The notes under the pieces: generated by a model | What the model was told of the DNA's origin: nothing | The model's database searches: none | The model's input: only the letters and a program-made list of their open reading frames with translations | From: a virus | Taxonomy: Duplodnaviria > Caudoviricetes | DNA length: 64,000 bases | Virus record (IMG/VR): IMGVR_UViG_3300043372_000294 | Coordinates: 1-64,000 of that record | Reading direction: 5' to 3' (one strand) | Shown here: positions 27,553-38,500 of the stretch, piece after piece | Layout: each line of letters begins with the position of its first letter | Numbering within the stretch: the first letter of the stretch is position 1 | Position numbers and translations under genes: made by a program

Positions 27553-28788
27553 TCAAATTATCTCTAAGTCGCGGTAAGGACGATCGGAATCATCCACCAC
27601 AAAAGTAAGAGTACCAGTTCTAGAACTAGTGCCCGTTAAATCTTCAAACCATTCGCTACCACCATCCATCGTGGGACACTGCATATGAATTTTGCTATCA
27701 TCATGCTCAATTACCGAGAAGTGATGATAGTGGCCGGTTACAAGAATATTTGCGTGCCCAATGGGGCTGCCGTTGAAAGTTTGAGACTTCCACCACTCCT
27801 TAATCTTCTTCTGAGGATCAGATCCACCAGAAGTAATATGTCCGTGAGTAAAGCCAATATAACTATCAGCAACCTTAACCATCATATAAACTTCATCCTC
27901 TGGGATAAGAAAGTTAACATGACCATAAGCCTCTTCATTTGCAGCAAGAATTTCAGCAACCATTTCAAAAACAGCAACATCATCATTATCACCACGGGTA
28001 GTAAAGCTCTTGCCTGCTGCATTTCTATTTTCGCCATGATTGCCCGGAACAGCAAGAACGACTACCTCATTGAACATCTTAGACCAAGTAGTGACTGCTT
28101 TTGTCAGAAGGCGACGCAGGACACGCATCTGCTGCCTGCGATTAAGTTGGACGGTAAATGTTTGTGTTGCGTAATGCCCACCACAATTTTCCACCATATC
28201 ACCAATACCAGCGATCACAAGGGTATTCATCTTACGTCCTGAGCGTTGCAATTCGCGGATGCGCTCAGTTACATTGTCAATCATAGTCAAGATGCGACGA
28301 ATAGTGCCATCAGTACCATCGCCATCTGCCTTGCCCAACTGCCAATCAGAAAGACAAACGACAAACGTCGAACTCCCACCCTTGACCTTCTCAGTCATAG
28401 GGCGATGCTTCTTGATCAGATTAACCAAGTCCTTATAATCTTCATCACGGTATTGCGTAGTCCGCTTGGCTCTAACTCCGACTTTGTATGAATAAAGTCT
28501 TTTCGTCTCACCCTCACCGGCATTCGCATCCCAAGAAGAAATCTTCACGGGCTCAATAACCTCATAAAGCTCTGGGTCATAACCAAGCTCCGAAAGAAGC
28601 TCATCCCAGTCTCTAACAGGTTCACTATAGACTTCCGAGGTTACTTGCACCTCATCGCCATCCCATTCAATACCCGGCTTCAAAGCCGCAGGTGGCTTGA
28701 ATGCCGGTTCTTTCTTAGGGGGAACAGCACTCTGCCCCTCAGACGGAAGATTTAAAGATGCATCTTCCTCGTACTCAAAATGTTTCAT
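27553..28788 (-). CDS. calcineurin-like metallophosphoesterase (Mre11-like)
   Basis: SDWQ.GK, GD..E, GNHG, HGH, GHYHH. Confidence 0.85.
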   Translation of the reverse strand: MKHFEYEEDASLNLPSEGQSAVPPKKEPAFKPPAALKPGIEWDGDEVQVTSEVYSEPVRDWDELLSELGYDPELYEVIEPVKISSWDANAGEGETKRLYSYKVGVRAKRTTQYRDEDYKDLVNLIKKHRPMTEKVKGGSSTFVVCLSDWQLGKADGDGTDGTIRRILTMIDNVTERIRELQRSGRKMNTLVIAGIGDMVENCGGHYATQTFTVQLNRRQQMRVLRRLLTKAVTTWSKMFNEVVVLAVPGNHGENRNAAGKSFTTRGDNDDVAVFEMVAEILAANEEAYGHVNFLIPEDEVYMMVKVADSYIGFTHGHITSGGSDPQKKIKEWWKSQTFNGSPIGHANILVTGHYHHFSVIEHDDSKIHMQCPTMDGGSEWFEDLTGTSSRTGTLTFVVDDSDRPYRDLEII

Positions 28789-29243
28789 TATTCGTTACTC
28801 TCCAATTTCATTGGCTCTAGTATATCACCCTCTGTGGGGTTTTTCACAAACTTCCCGCCTTTTGTTCGATTTCCTTTTCTAATTCTTTCTTTAGCAAGAG
28901 CACCAGTCTTTTTGCGACGTTCAGCGCTCTGCTTCTTGCCTTCTCTGTGGATAGAACTATGCTCTGGGATTGTTGTCAAAAACAAATTAGCTGGACGATT
29001 ATCTAGCTTTATTTCGTTTATATGATGGATAGTCTCCCAAGGATGCAATATCCTGCCTAAAAACTTTTCTATAACAAGTCTGTGTTCATATACATAACCT
29101 TTGTTAGCATATCTATGACTTGAATTCAATACTCTAACATAACCTTTGTCGTCAATATAACGGCCACCATTGAAATTGGGATTTCTCTGGCCGTTCTTAT
29201 CATTACTCCAAGTAATAGTCTGTCTTCTTGACGCCAATCCCAT
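28788..29243 (-). CDS. free-standing HNH endonuclease
   Basis: YEHRL..E..LGR.L...E.IHH.N..K.DN...NL. Confidence 0.85.
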   Translation of the reverse strand: MGLASRRQTITWSNDKNGQRNPNFNGGRYIDDKGYVRVLNSSHRYANKGYVYEHRLVIEKFLGRILHPWETIHHINEIKLDNRPANLFLTTIPEHSSIHREGKKQSAERRKKTGALAKERIRKGNRTKGGKFVKNPTEGDILEPMKLESNE

Positions 29244-29247
29244 TTTA

Positions 29248-29784
29248 CTAGATAGAAGATCCTATATCTTCAACAATACAATTGATAGGAGCCTTCAAAA
29301 TCTGGGCAGTAGGACTTGCATCCAGACTAAAGAGCGCAGCCTGAACTTTTAGTGTATGAGTGCCAGCACTAAGGGCTGTTGGGGTTGCGTAAATAAGGGT
29401 AGGGAAGGTGGCTCTTTTTTGAATATTATTATAACACTGTGTCGTGAAGGATGCCGTTCCCGAGCCATCAAGATAGATTGCCAACAAAGTAAGATAATCA
29501 CTTGTCGTATCAGGATTATCAACATAGTTTCCATTAACAGTAATTTTAACAATTCTGCTGGCATCCACAGTAAATGATATAGCGTCCATATTGGTGATAG
29601 ATGTATAAACTAAAGAAGTTGATGAAGTAGAAAAATCGCTAGTAGTTGAAGCCTGAGCCAGAATGCCTCTGGGCGAAACGTCTGCAATATCCTTCAAGTA
29701 CTGCTCATTAAGCATCATAGCATTAAGTCTCTGATAATCAACGGGAACACCCTTGCCCCATTGAACAAATTTAAATTCTGACAT
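29248..29784 (-). CDS. putative minor tail protein
   Basis: Beta-rich, ends VEDIG, follows the tail hub gene. Confidence 0.55.
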   Translation of the reverse strand: MSEFKFVQWGKGVPVDYQRLNAMMLNEQYLKDIADVSPRGILAQASTTSDFSTSSTSLVYTSITNMDAISFTVDASRIVKITVNGNYVDNPDTTSDYLTLLAIYLDGSGTASFTTQCYNNIQKRATFPTLIYATPTALSAGTHTLKVQAALFSLDASPTAQILKAPINCIVEDIGSSI

Positions 29785-29794
29785 TATATTCCTT

Positions 29795-32700
29795 TCAATA
29801 CGTTGTAAACTTTAATTCCGGATTATCTATTGACTCAGAATATTGGCGAAGAACAAGATCTTGTTTTATGCCACCATCATAAGTTATTTTATTTTCAATA
29901 ATCCAATATTTTTCATTAGAAATGCCGAGAGCATCGAAATTAATGATCGTAACCAGATCTCCAAGTTCGAGATGAGGCACTCCAAGGCAAGAGATATTGA
30001 TGATTTTAACTGGATTAGAAAAATATCCAATAATTGTATCAGCAACTATTTGTGCATAATTTTTATTAGCTATAAACTCATTATCAATTGTTATCTCTTT
30101 AAGTCTAAACCTTCTAATATTATCTGCAAGATCGGCGGAAAGTGTATTCACAACTTCTTTGCTTTGAGAAGTATTGATAGGCACCCCTGATATTTCAAAT
30201 ATATTGTCATCCCCCGAAAGAGGATCTTGCCCTTGAAGTATTATAACACTAGAATAACCAGTTCCACGCTTAAAATAATAATCAATATTATTTACAGATG
30301 TAAGCGCAACACCCGGATCGTTCGCTGAAACAACAATCTCTGCACCAAAATTATTTGAAATAAAATAGTCAATAGAGACTGCTTTTTCAAATTTTTCTTG
30401 AGTAATAGCAGGATAATTAACTACGCTAACAGGTGATGCTGAATATTCAACCTCATAATACCTCACCTCTCTTGCCCGGCTCTGTGACTGATGCCAAGCA
30501 GGAGTTGTTCCGAACATACCACGCTCAATATTGACAAGTTTCTTTTTATTAATGGCACTATATTTAATAATTTCATCGTCAATTTTGACATATCCAGATG
30601 GAACCCATACAGGATCATCGACATTGCTCAATGGTATATAATTAGATGTTGGAGAAATATCTGCGGTAATTTTAGAAATAACTAAAGATTCCATTGTTTC
30701 AGCAGACCATATCTGTTCAGTCTTAGAGGCATCGAAGCTAGACTTATTTACTTTAACATTGATTTTATTAGTCTGAACTTCTGTTACAAAACTTCCAGTA
30801 ACAATATTGACATTATCAGAAAAATTATATTGACTTACCTGATATCTATTGTCTTCACTTTGATGCAAAGTATTTCTATACTCATAATAAAAATCACCAT
30901 ACTCATTAATATAAAACATTCCAAGATCAGCAGTAGCGATCTTCAACATAGCATCCCAATAAGTTGAATCTTTGGCATAAAGATATTTAAAATTAGGTAC
31001 AATAGAAATAGAAGAAGTTCTGTGATGATTCAAAATATCTTGATCACTCAAAACATAATCATAATATGCAAAATTGCTTACATAAGTTTTGAATCCATCG
31101 TAATAAGAACGACATTTTAATTGCAAAAAAGCTCCAACATCGGCCATCATGACAGATGGATTTCCGAAAGTCCCCGCCGCTTTAATCCCGTCAACATAAA
31201 GACGGAAATATCCGCCGCCAGTATCCAAAGGATCAGAGTTTACCACAGTAATTAAATGAGGATTCACTGAATCAACTGCATTGGCAGTTATAGTGTAAAC
31301 AGTAGAGCTTATAGTAGATTGAAATTTATATATAAATTGACTAGAAGAATTTTTTCTAACTAAAACTTTGTAAATACTTGGAAAAGAAATAATTTCATAG
31401 TCAGCATCAACCGTCATAAGGTCTGGAGATTCAATATAATGAAAAAACTCTGTTGTGTAATTAGAATATTCTAAATCCTTCCAATAATCAGAACTTGTTA
31501 AAGACTCATACTGTGATTCTTCAACATTATTGTAAAACGTAGGGCCACCCAATATGCCATCAAAAGATGCTGAACCATTTCGATACTTTGGTTCAAAAGT
31601 TTTAATAGCAAGATCATCAACCTGCCTTTTAATATCATCTTGAACAGAAAGAATATCTGAATACACAAGCCCACTTCCAAAGTCATCTCCAAAAGGAGCA
31701 ATAGTTCTCAATAAAACTTCTCCAAATTCGTCTTTGAAGAAACCAGCAAAATCACTCAAAGAAGGTGAGTACATACTGCTATCTAATGCATCTAAATAAA
31801 AGAATACAGAAGGCTTATCCCTGAAAACAAGATCAACATATTTTTGTTCAAAATAAATTTTTCTTCTAGGAAAACCACTAAGCATAAGAATATCAGCAAT
31901 ACTTTTCCCAGCACTATACCCCCTAGAAATATAGCCATCAATATTTTGCTCTTGCAAATATTTGGAGTAATCTCTAAAAGTCACCGTTACCTGCATAGAA
32001 GAGTCATCAAAGCTCCAACTATCAGCATACATTTCTTCTGCAACAGTAACATCCTCAAAATTTTGGGTCTTAGTTATTTCATGACTGAAATATAAGAAAA
32101 ACTTTGTATCAGGATTGACATATTTACTATATGCAGAATTAGAGTATGGACTAAAAATTATATCGGTATTATCTAGTACAACACTCGCAGAGTTAGACGC
32201 TGTTGCGCCAATTGGAAGAGAAGCATCGTAATTATCTCTAACTTTAGATACATCAAAAGAAATAACATGATCACTTAAATCAACTTCCCAAATTGGATTT
32301 ATAGTAAAAATTCTAGCGTAATCATAAGCATTACAAGTGTAATTTGGAGTTATTCTTATAGAAATAATATTATAGACATCATCAAGATCAATAGCTAAAT
32401 AAGAAAAACAATTTCCATCTATATCAGCAAATTGCAAAGTGCTTGATGATTCGGGATAAGCAGTAGAAGGCAATGTACTGCCATCACTTTTAGTTATCAC
32501 ACAATTTGCAGAAAATACGCCACCGGAGAGATATCCAGTTGAAATAAAGATCTTGTTACATTTCAGCGAATCAAAACGCATTTCAATAAAATCTGGACTA
32601 GCAAAATTACTAGATATATCAGATTGGACTCTAGACATCCAGCCATAGTTTGTATCAACTGATACCTTTGACTCAGGACAATAATAATCGCCATTAGTTT

Positions 32701-35158
32701 GGATGACATTATTTTTGTTATCCAAAAAATTAGTAAAAGCATAAGTTAATGTTTCTTCATGAAACATATCAGCAACACGTTGGGGAACAAAAAATTCATC
32801 AGAAAGTTGAGAATTTAAAGTTGCACCATTAGTTATAGATTTGCTCAAACACTCTCTTTCAGTAGTTGAAAGCGCATAGTTAAATACAGAGAAGTTGGAG
32901 ATGGTGCCATTGAAAATATCATAGTCGGAGACTGCCTTCCCCGCTCCAATCATAAGCATAGGAGTAAGGCCAGTAGATACATCTCTCAGAGGCAGAGAAA
33001 TAATAGCGTCATTAGATGAGACTGGCGACCCATTATTTATATATAACGAAAGAACTCCATTATTTTTTACAATTTGCACATTATATAATGTATTATCAGA
33101 TAAAGTTGCGCTGCTTATCTGCACAGAAGCTCCAGATGTATTTACATATGTTACATAAATTTTATCATCAGTAGTGTTCCAGTAACAATCTATTGATTTA
33201 GTATTAGCTGTATTGCCAATCCAAAATATTCCATTAATACCAGTTGTCGTAGAGTCTTTTTTTACAAGAAAAGAATAAGTAAAATTAGTCAAATCGCTTG
33301 AAATATTTTTAAACTGCTCCCGAGTAGTATTGGGCATATTTGTTGAAGAAAAACAATAGCCAGTTCCGTCAAAAACATGGCCACCCGTAATATAATTAAA
33401 ACCTTTAACTGCCAAGTAATCAATTGCTGCACCATTACTGATGGCGCTAGTATTCCCAGCACCAACATATGTCGCATCTAAAGATTTCAAACTATCATCA
33501 TCACGATATACAGATACAACAATATCGCCCGACCCCGGACTAGTGGCATCGTCTGGTTTGACAGTACCAAGATCATACAATGTAAATGTATTATATTTTG
33601 CTTCAAATCTATAATAATGACTAGTACTAAAACTTCCAGCAACAGAGGTTATAGGATAAGCAGTTCCATCTTTGACAAGACGAATAAATATTGTTCCCCC
33701 ACTAATAGTGGAATACCAAGCTGAAATATAATTATCATCATCAATATATCTAACAACCGCCCCAGATCCAGCATATAAAGTTGAAAACTTAAAATCAACA
33801 TAGTGATCTAGAGAATTAAGATTATAAAGAAGGTAGCCTACTCCAGACCTACTTGAGTCGCACACAGCAGATCCCACTGGAATAGTCCAAATATCTTTTG
33901 CATTACTTATCCTCCAAGAATACATATCATTGGGGCCAAACTGCCCAAGATTAAAATCTCCAGAGCGAGTCGCGGTAATAGTAAATGTATCTTCAATTCT
34001 CTCTGGCTCCAATACTTCTTTAGTTAAAGTGTTGCTAATATTATAAGAAGGAATACTGTAATTAGTATTGAGTAGAGGGTTTGGAGTAACTTCGAAGTCA
34101 TCAAGTCTTCTGTAAGCAACCTCCATCTTCTCAGATCCATAATCAAATACTCTATGGCCACCATTGCGAAGAGAAGTAAAGTCAATAACACCCGTAGATG
34201 CTCCAGTATAAGGAACTGACGTAGAAGCTACTCCGCTATTTGAATCAGCAAAACTTGTATTTAATTGAAATGTATTAGCAGCTTTATTTTGAACATAATA
34301 AACTACGCCTCTAGAATCAGGGGACTCTGTTATATCAGTCAAGGTTCCTGTTGTAGAAAACCAAACTGCAGCCCCGTTCTCCAGCCCATGAGCAATAGAG
34401 TTGATCTGAGTTCTTCGATAATGAAAACTATGTGTACCAGTACCAGTTGTAGTGATATTTACAGCAGAACCACCGGAAGTCGTTGAGACTTGAAAAGTAT
34501 TAGTGGCTTTATTTACAACATAATAATTAGTATCAACAGTAAGAGGTGAAGGTAAAGTTGTAGTAGTTGTAAACCCAATTACATCTCCATTATTTAAACC
34601 ATGAGCACTTTTTGTTATAGTATCCGCACCAGTCTGGACTGAAGTAACAGTCTGAGAGTTTGATTGAACTAAAGATATAGTGACACTAGTATAATAAAAA
34701 CTAAGAACACCCGTCCCCGGAGTTGTAATATCTATGGGAGAGCCACCAGAAGTCGCTGAGACTTGAAAAGTATCTGTAGTTTTGTTTACTACATAATAAG
34801 TGGTGTTTACAGCAAGAGGTTGTGGCAACAGCTTTGTGCTTTTAAATTTAATAACATTACCATTTGATAAACCGTGTGTATTTTTTGTTATAAAATCTGT
34901 GTCAATATTAACAGAAGTAACAGTTTTTGTAACACTGTTAGTGCTGGAAACAGTCAAAGCATCATAGTTAGTTTTATCCATCTTGATATGAACAAGAGGA
35001 CTACGAGAAGAAATTTGTTTCTCATAAGTCATGCTTGGGCTATGAAACTTCAAATTATCGGCATAACGAATATCAGACATCCAAGCTTTAACCTTGGGCA
35101 GAATCCTCTGAGAATCGCTCTCAAGTTCATTCTTAAGATCATCCGAAATTGTTATCAT
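29795..35158 (-). CDS. large minor tail (hub/tip) protein with repeated HGL-x-GD modules and LamG/ConA-like domains
   Basis: Position after tape measure and Dit; LamG-like F.G.I....VFN.ALS; C-terminal PHLELGD.V. Confidence 0.75.
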   Translation of the reverse strand: MITISDDLKNELESDSQRILPKVKAWMSDIRYADNLKFHSPSMTYEKQISSRSPLVHIKMDKTNYDALTVSSTNSVTKTVTSVNIDTDFITKNTHGLSNGNVIKFKSTKLLPQPLAVNTTYYVVNKTTDTFQVSATSGGSPIDITTPGTGVLSFYYTSVTISLVQSNSQTVTSVQTGADTITKSAHGLNNGDVIGFTTTTTLPSPLTVDTNYYVVNKATNTFQVSTTSGGSAVNITTTGTGTHSFHYRRTQINSIAHGLENGAAVWFSTTGTLTDITESPDSRGVVYYVQNKAANTFQLNTSFADSNSGVASTSVPYTGASTGVIDFTSLRNGGHRVFDYGSEKMEVAYRRLDDFEVTPNPLLNTNYSIPSYNISNTLTKEVLEPERIEDTFTITATRSGDFNLGQFGPNDMYSWRISNAKDIWTIPVGSAVCDSSRSGVGYLLYNLNSLDHYVDFKFSTLYAGSGAVVRYIDDDNYISAWYSTISGGTIFIRLVKDGTAYPITSVAGSFSTSHYYRFEAKYNTFTLYDLGTVKPDDATSPGSGDIVVSVYRDDDSLKSLDATYVGAGNTSAISNGAAIDYLAVKGFNYITGGHVFDGTGYCFSSTNMPNTTREQFKNISSDLTNFTYSFLVKKDSTTTGINGIFWIGNTANTKSIDCYWNTTDDKIYVTYVNTSGASVQISSATLSDNTLYNVQIVKNNGVLSLYINNGSPVSSNDAIISLPLRDVSTGLTPMLMIGAGKAVSDYDIFNGTISNFSVFNYALSTTERECLSKSITNGATLNSQLSDEFFVPQRVADMFHEETLTYAFTNFLDNKNNVIQTNGDYYCPESKVSVDTNYGWMSRVQSDISSNFASPDFIEMRFDSLKCNKIFISTGYLSGGVFSANCVITKSDGSTLPSTAYPESSSTLQFADIDGNCFSYLAIDLDDVYNIISIRITPNYTCNAYDYARIFTINPIWEVDLSDHVISFDVSKVRDNYDASLPIGATASNSASVVLDNTDIIFSPYSNSAYSKYVNPDTKFFLYFSHEITKTQNFEDVTVAEEMYADSWSFDDSSMQVTVTFRDYSKYLQEQNIDGYISRGYSAGKSIADILMLSGFPRRKIYFEQKYVDLVFRDKPSVFFYLDALDSSMYSPSLSDFAGFFKDEFGEVLLRTIAPFGDDFGSGLVYSDILSVQDDIKRQVDDLAIKTFEPKYRNGSASFDGILGGPTFYNNVEESQYESLTSSDYWKDLEYSNYTTEFFHYIESPDLMTVDADYEIISFPSIYKVLVRKNSSSQFIYKFQSTISSTVYTITANAVDSVNPHLITVVNSDPLDTGGGYFRLYVDGIKAAGTFGNPSVMMADVGAFLQLKCRSYYDGFKTYVSNFAYYDYVLSDQDILNHHRTSSISIVPNFKYLYAKDSTYWDAMLKIATADLGMFYINEYGDFYYEYRNTLHQSEDNRYQVSQYNFSDNVNIVTGSFVTEVQTNKINVKVNKSSFDASKTEQIWSAETMESLVISKITADISPTSNYIPLSNVDDPVWVPSGYVKIDDEIIKYSAINKKKLVNIERGMFGTTPAWHQSQSRAREVRYYEVEYSASPVSVVNYPAITQEKFEKAVSIDYFISNNFGAEIVVSANDPGVALTSVNNIDYYFKRGTGYSSVIILQGQDPLSGDDNIFEISGVPINTSQSKEVVNTLSADLADNIRRFRLKEITIDNEFIANKNYAQIVADTIIGYFSNPVKIINISCLGVPHLELGDLVTIINFDALGISNEKYWIIENKITYDGGIKQDLVLRQYSESIDNPELKFTTY

Positions 35159-35571
35159 GATTCCTCAAAAGCTACATCAACAGTCCAAATAAATACCCCG
35201 GAAGGAGCATCTCTTTTTATCAAAGACTCCTTATAGTCAGTCACAAAAACTGTGAACTCCTCATATTTGCCATTTTGATAAAAAAATCTTAAAGTGTGGG
35301 AATCAGAACTATCCCCAAACAATTTTACCATAGTATCACGGGCAGCGTATCCATCAATAGTGCAAGTGCTATCATCCGGCAAATAATCCCATTTTGTAGA
35401 AAAAGTATGCTTAACAGACTTGACATACTTCTTTCTAGTGCCATTTGCCAGATCAATAGTAACAGATCTTTCATCACGCGATCGATCAACAGCCGAACGC
35501 CCCTGATCAGTTAACTGAACATTATCAATCCAAATAGCTGCCGGATAAAAGAGTGTATTCCCTGATGTCAT
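35155..35571 (-). CDS. distal-tail-like minor tail protein
   Basis: Position after tape measure; LANG..K.YV...K..F...W..LP; ends FEES. Confidence 0.65.
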   Translation of the reverse strand: MTSGNTLFYPAAIWIDNVQLTDQGRSAVDRSRDERSVTIDLANGTRKKYVKSVKHTFSTKWDYLPDDSTCTIDGYAARDTMVKLFGDSSDSHTLRFFYQNGKYEEFTVFVTDYKESLIKRDAPSGVFIWTVDVAFEES

Positions 35572-38500
35572 TTTATACTATACCTATCGTTATAGGAAGA
35601 AATAGTTCTTCTCTGCTGCCCGATCTTCTTACGTTCCTGAGGAGTAATCTTCATATCATATTTCTTCATAAGCTCATTAAACCATGCTTCTTCGCCAACA
35701 AAGGTTTCAACGCAGATATAAACGTCACCAGATTGCCCTCCGCCACCTCCGCCACCAGAAGACCTCGAAGAACCTGAGAACCCCATACTGTAGCCAGCAG
35801 CAGCCCTTATTGCAGCCCCCGCTTGCGCTCTGACGCCAAGCTGGGCAGAAGCGGCAGCGAGGTATCCGACATTAGCGGCACGATACTTGGGGTCAGTAGT
35901 AATAACATACTCATCATAACCACCCTCGCCAATATTAGCAAGAATACCATTCTTTCTATTTTCTACAAGACTACCGCCACCGGCATACTGCACAACTCCG
36001 CCCATAGCCATCTTGAAAGCTCCAGCATTAGCGTTATACATACCACCAGTAGCAGCTTTAACCCATATACCAGCCTCATTCTGTTTGTAAGCAGGGTTAT
36101 CGGCAAGACCAGCGGCTGTATAAATCATAGGCTTGCCATTGATCCATATAGTTTCACCAAAATTTGCTCCAGTTGTATCTATAGAATTCAATGTTTTGAC
36201 AACATGATTAGGATCGTTCAAATCAATATTAATCAATACTGTTTTTCCATTTACCTGAAGGACTTCAAATCCAAGATCTTTAATCTTCTGAATAAGCGCT
36301 TCTGCCTCAGCGGTGCCCGGCCTAATGCCTTCAGTCGTTAATTGCTTAAAAATCTCCTCAGCCTTGCCAATATTGCTAATCGTGACATCTCTAACCTGAT
36401 TAGTGCCAATAATTTGAACGCCTGTGACTTCTCCGCTTTCATTTTTTATAAATTCAGCAGCAGCACCAAACTGATCCTGCAAAACCCCATTAACTACTTT
36501 CCACTGACTTCCCATTTTATCTGTATACACAGTAAAGTTTCTATTTATATTGTCACCGTGTCTAATTATTTCTTTCTCACTTACGCCAAAAGCTGTGCTA
36601 ATTCTTGTTGTAGTTTTGCCCCAACTATCTTCAACACTCTGCGAAGTTACCGTCGCTTGCCTAGCGCCTCTCTTGTAAATATTGAGCGCAGCCGTAATTG
36701 TTTCATCAGTAAACCCTAAATAAAGAGCCTTATCTTTAATCTGATTTTCACTTACACCTTTATCAAGTAATGCAAGAATTTTGAAAACTTCACCAAAATT
36801 ATGAAGAGGTTCACTTTCAATATAACTTGACTTATTGCTATTTTCATCCCTATAACTAGCAGTGCTGCCACTATATTTTGTGATTGCATTATCAACTTCA
36901 TTTGCAGTGACGCTCTTAGCTTCAGGCCGGATGGTATTCATCCCAGCAGTAGTTCCGCTAGCCCCAACTGAGCCCATACCAGCACCAGAGCCAACCCACC
37001 TCAGAATGTCCCTTTGACTTGGCTCTCGCTCTGGCGGCATATTGGCGCGTGTAATAAAACTATCAAAAGCAGCTTTTTCCTCTGGATTGAGGGAAGCAAG
37101 CGCTTTTGCTGCACCAGTCGTGCCACCAGTTGGACCGCCAGTAGGAGTTCCAGCTTGAGTAGCAATGATTGCAACACTATTAGCTGAAGCAAAGCCAATC
37201 ATCCAAGCGCTACGAGAGTCCTTCCCGGCCCTTAGGAACTCATCTGCAATTTGGCCATTAGTCTCCTTAAAGACTTCGAGCATACGATTCATAGCATCCT
37301 GAGCTACAGCAGGCAACTCTCCACCATTATCGACAACGATTTGATTAATCTGATCCATCATGCTCTGGAATTCACCAATCGTTGCCGGAGCATACTTAAT
37401 AATTAAATCAATGTGATCCTCAAGAGATTGCTTCTGAATGTCGAAGGCCTCTTTTGCAGCCTCTTTCTCAAGATTAATCTGATCTTTCTTAGTAGCTCTT
37501 TCTTCTTTGAGTAAATCTTTATTACGATCATTATCAATGTCATTGATAGCTTTATTGTTTTCAGCAACAGTCTTAGAATGCTCAAGATCAAGTTTGCGAG
37601 CATCATCATAACGCCCCTCGTAAACAGCAGCAAAACGTGCTTTTTTATAGTTATTATTATCAAGCTCTCTCTTGTCAAGAGCTTCTCTTCTTTTGGCAAG
37701 ATACTCCTGAGTTTTGAACAATTTCTCTTCAGCTTTTTCCTGATCGTCAATGGCTTTAATACGAGCATCATAAACTTTCATTGCAGCATCTTGAGCTTTT
37801 TGCAACGATGCCATAGCGGACTTTTTGATTTTTTCAAGCTCTTTATCTAGATTACTATAAACTTTGCTAATCCAAGTTTCAACCCAACTGGTACCACTAG
37901 CAGAATCAGCAACCCCCTCATTCATAGCCTCGCCAACATCAGTGCCCAAATCATTACCAGCTTTTTGAGCATCAGGCTTAGCCGCATTCGCTCCTTCATT
38001 AACAGCTCTACCAAAAGCTCCACCAAGACCGCTTCTGAATGTCTTGTCAAGATCACTTACCCACGAAGGATTATTCGCAAAATCCCTCATGCTATCGCCC
38101 CAACCATCAAGACTTCTACCGACATCACCAAGGCCGATAGCCTTCAAGATTGCAGAAGATCCACCAAGAATTTTGTCAACCAATCTAGCAAAAACACCGG
38201 CAACAAACTGAGCAACTGAAACAACAGGTCTACCAAGCAACTCATACAACATCGCTCCCGCATAATTAAGCGCATTAACCCAATCGCCAGTAAAAAGAGC
38301 GAAAACAAAGCCTACCATATCTTTCACAGTATAAAAAATCAACTCAAAAGCAGGCATCAGCCAGCCGATAAGATTGCCAAGCCAACCTAAAGCAGTACCG
38401 ATGATTTCGGCAACCTTGCCAGCAGCAGCGCCAATACCCTCCCAGACACTTGAAGCCTTTTCCCCCTCAGACCCACCAGTACCAAGCTGACCAATAATTG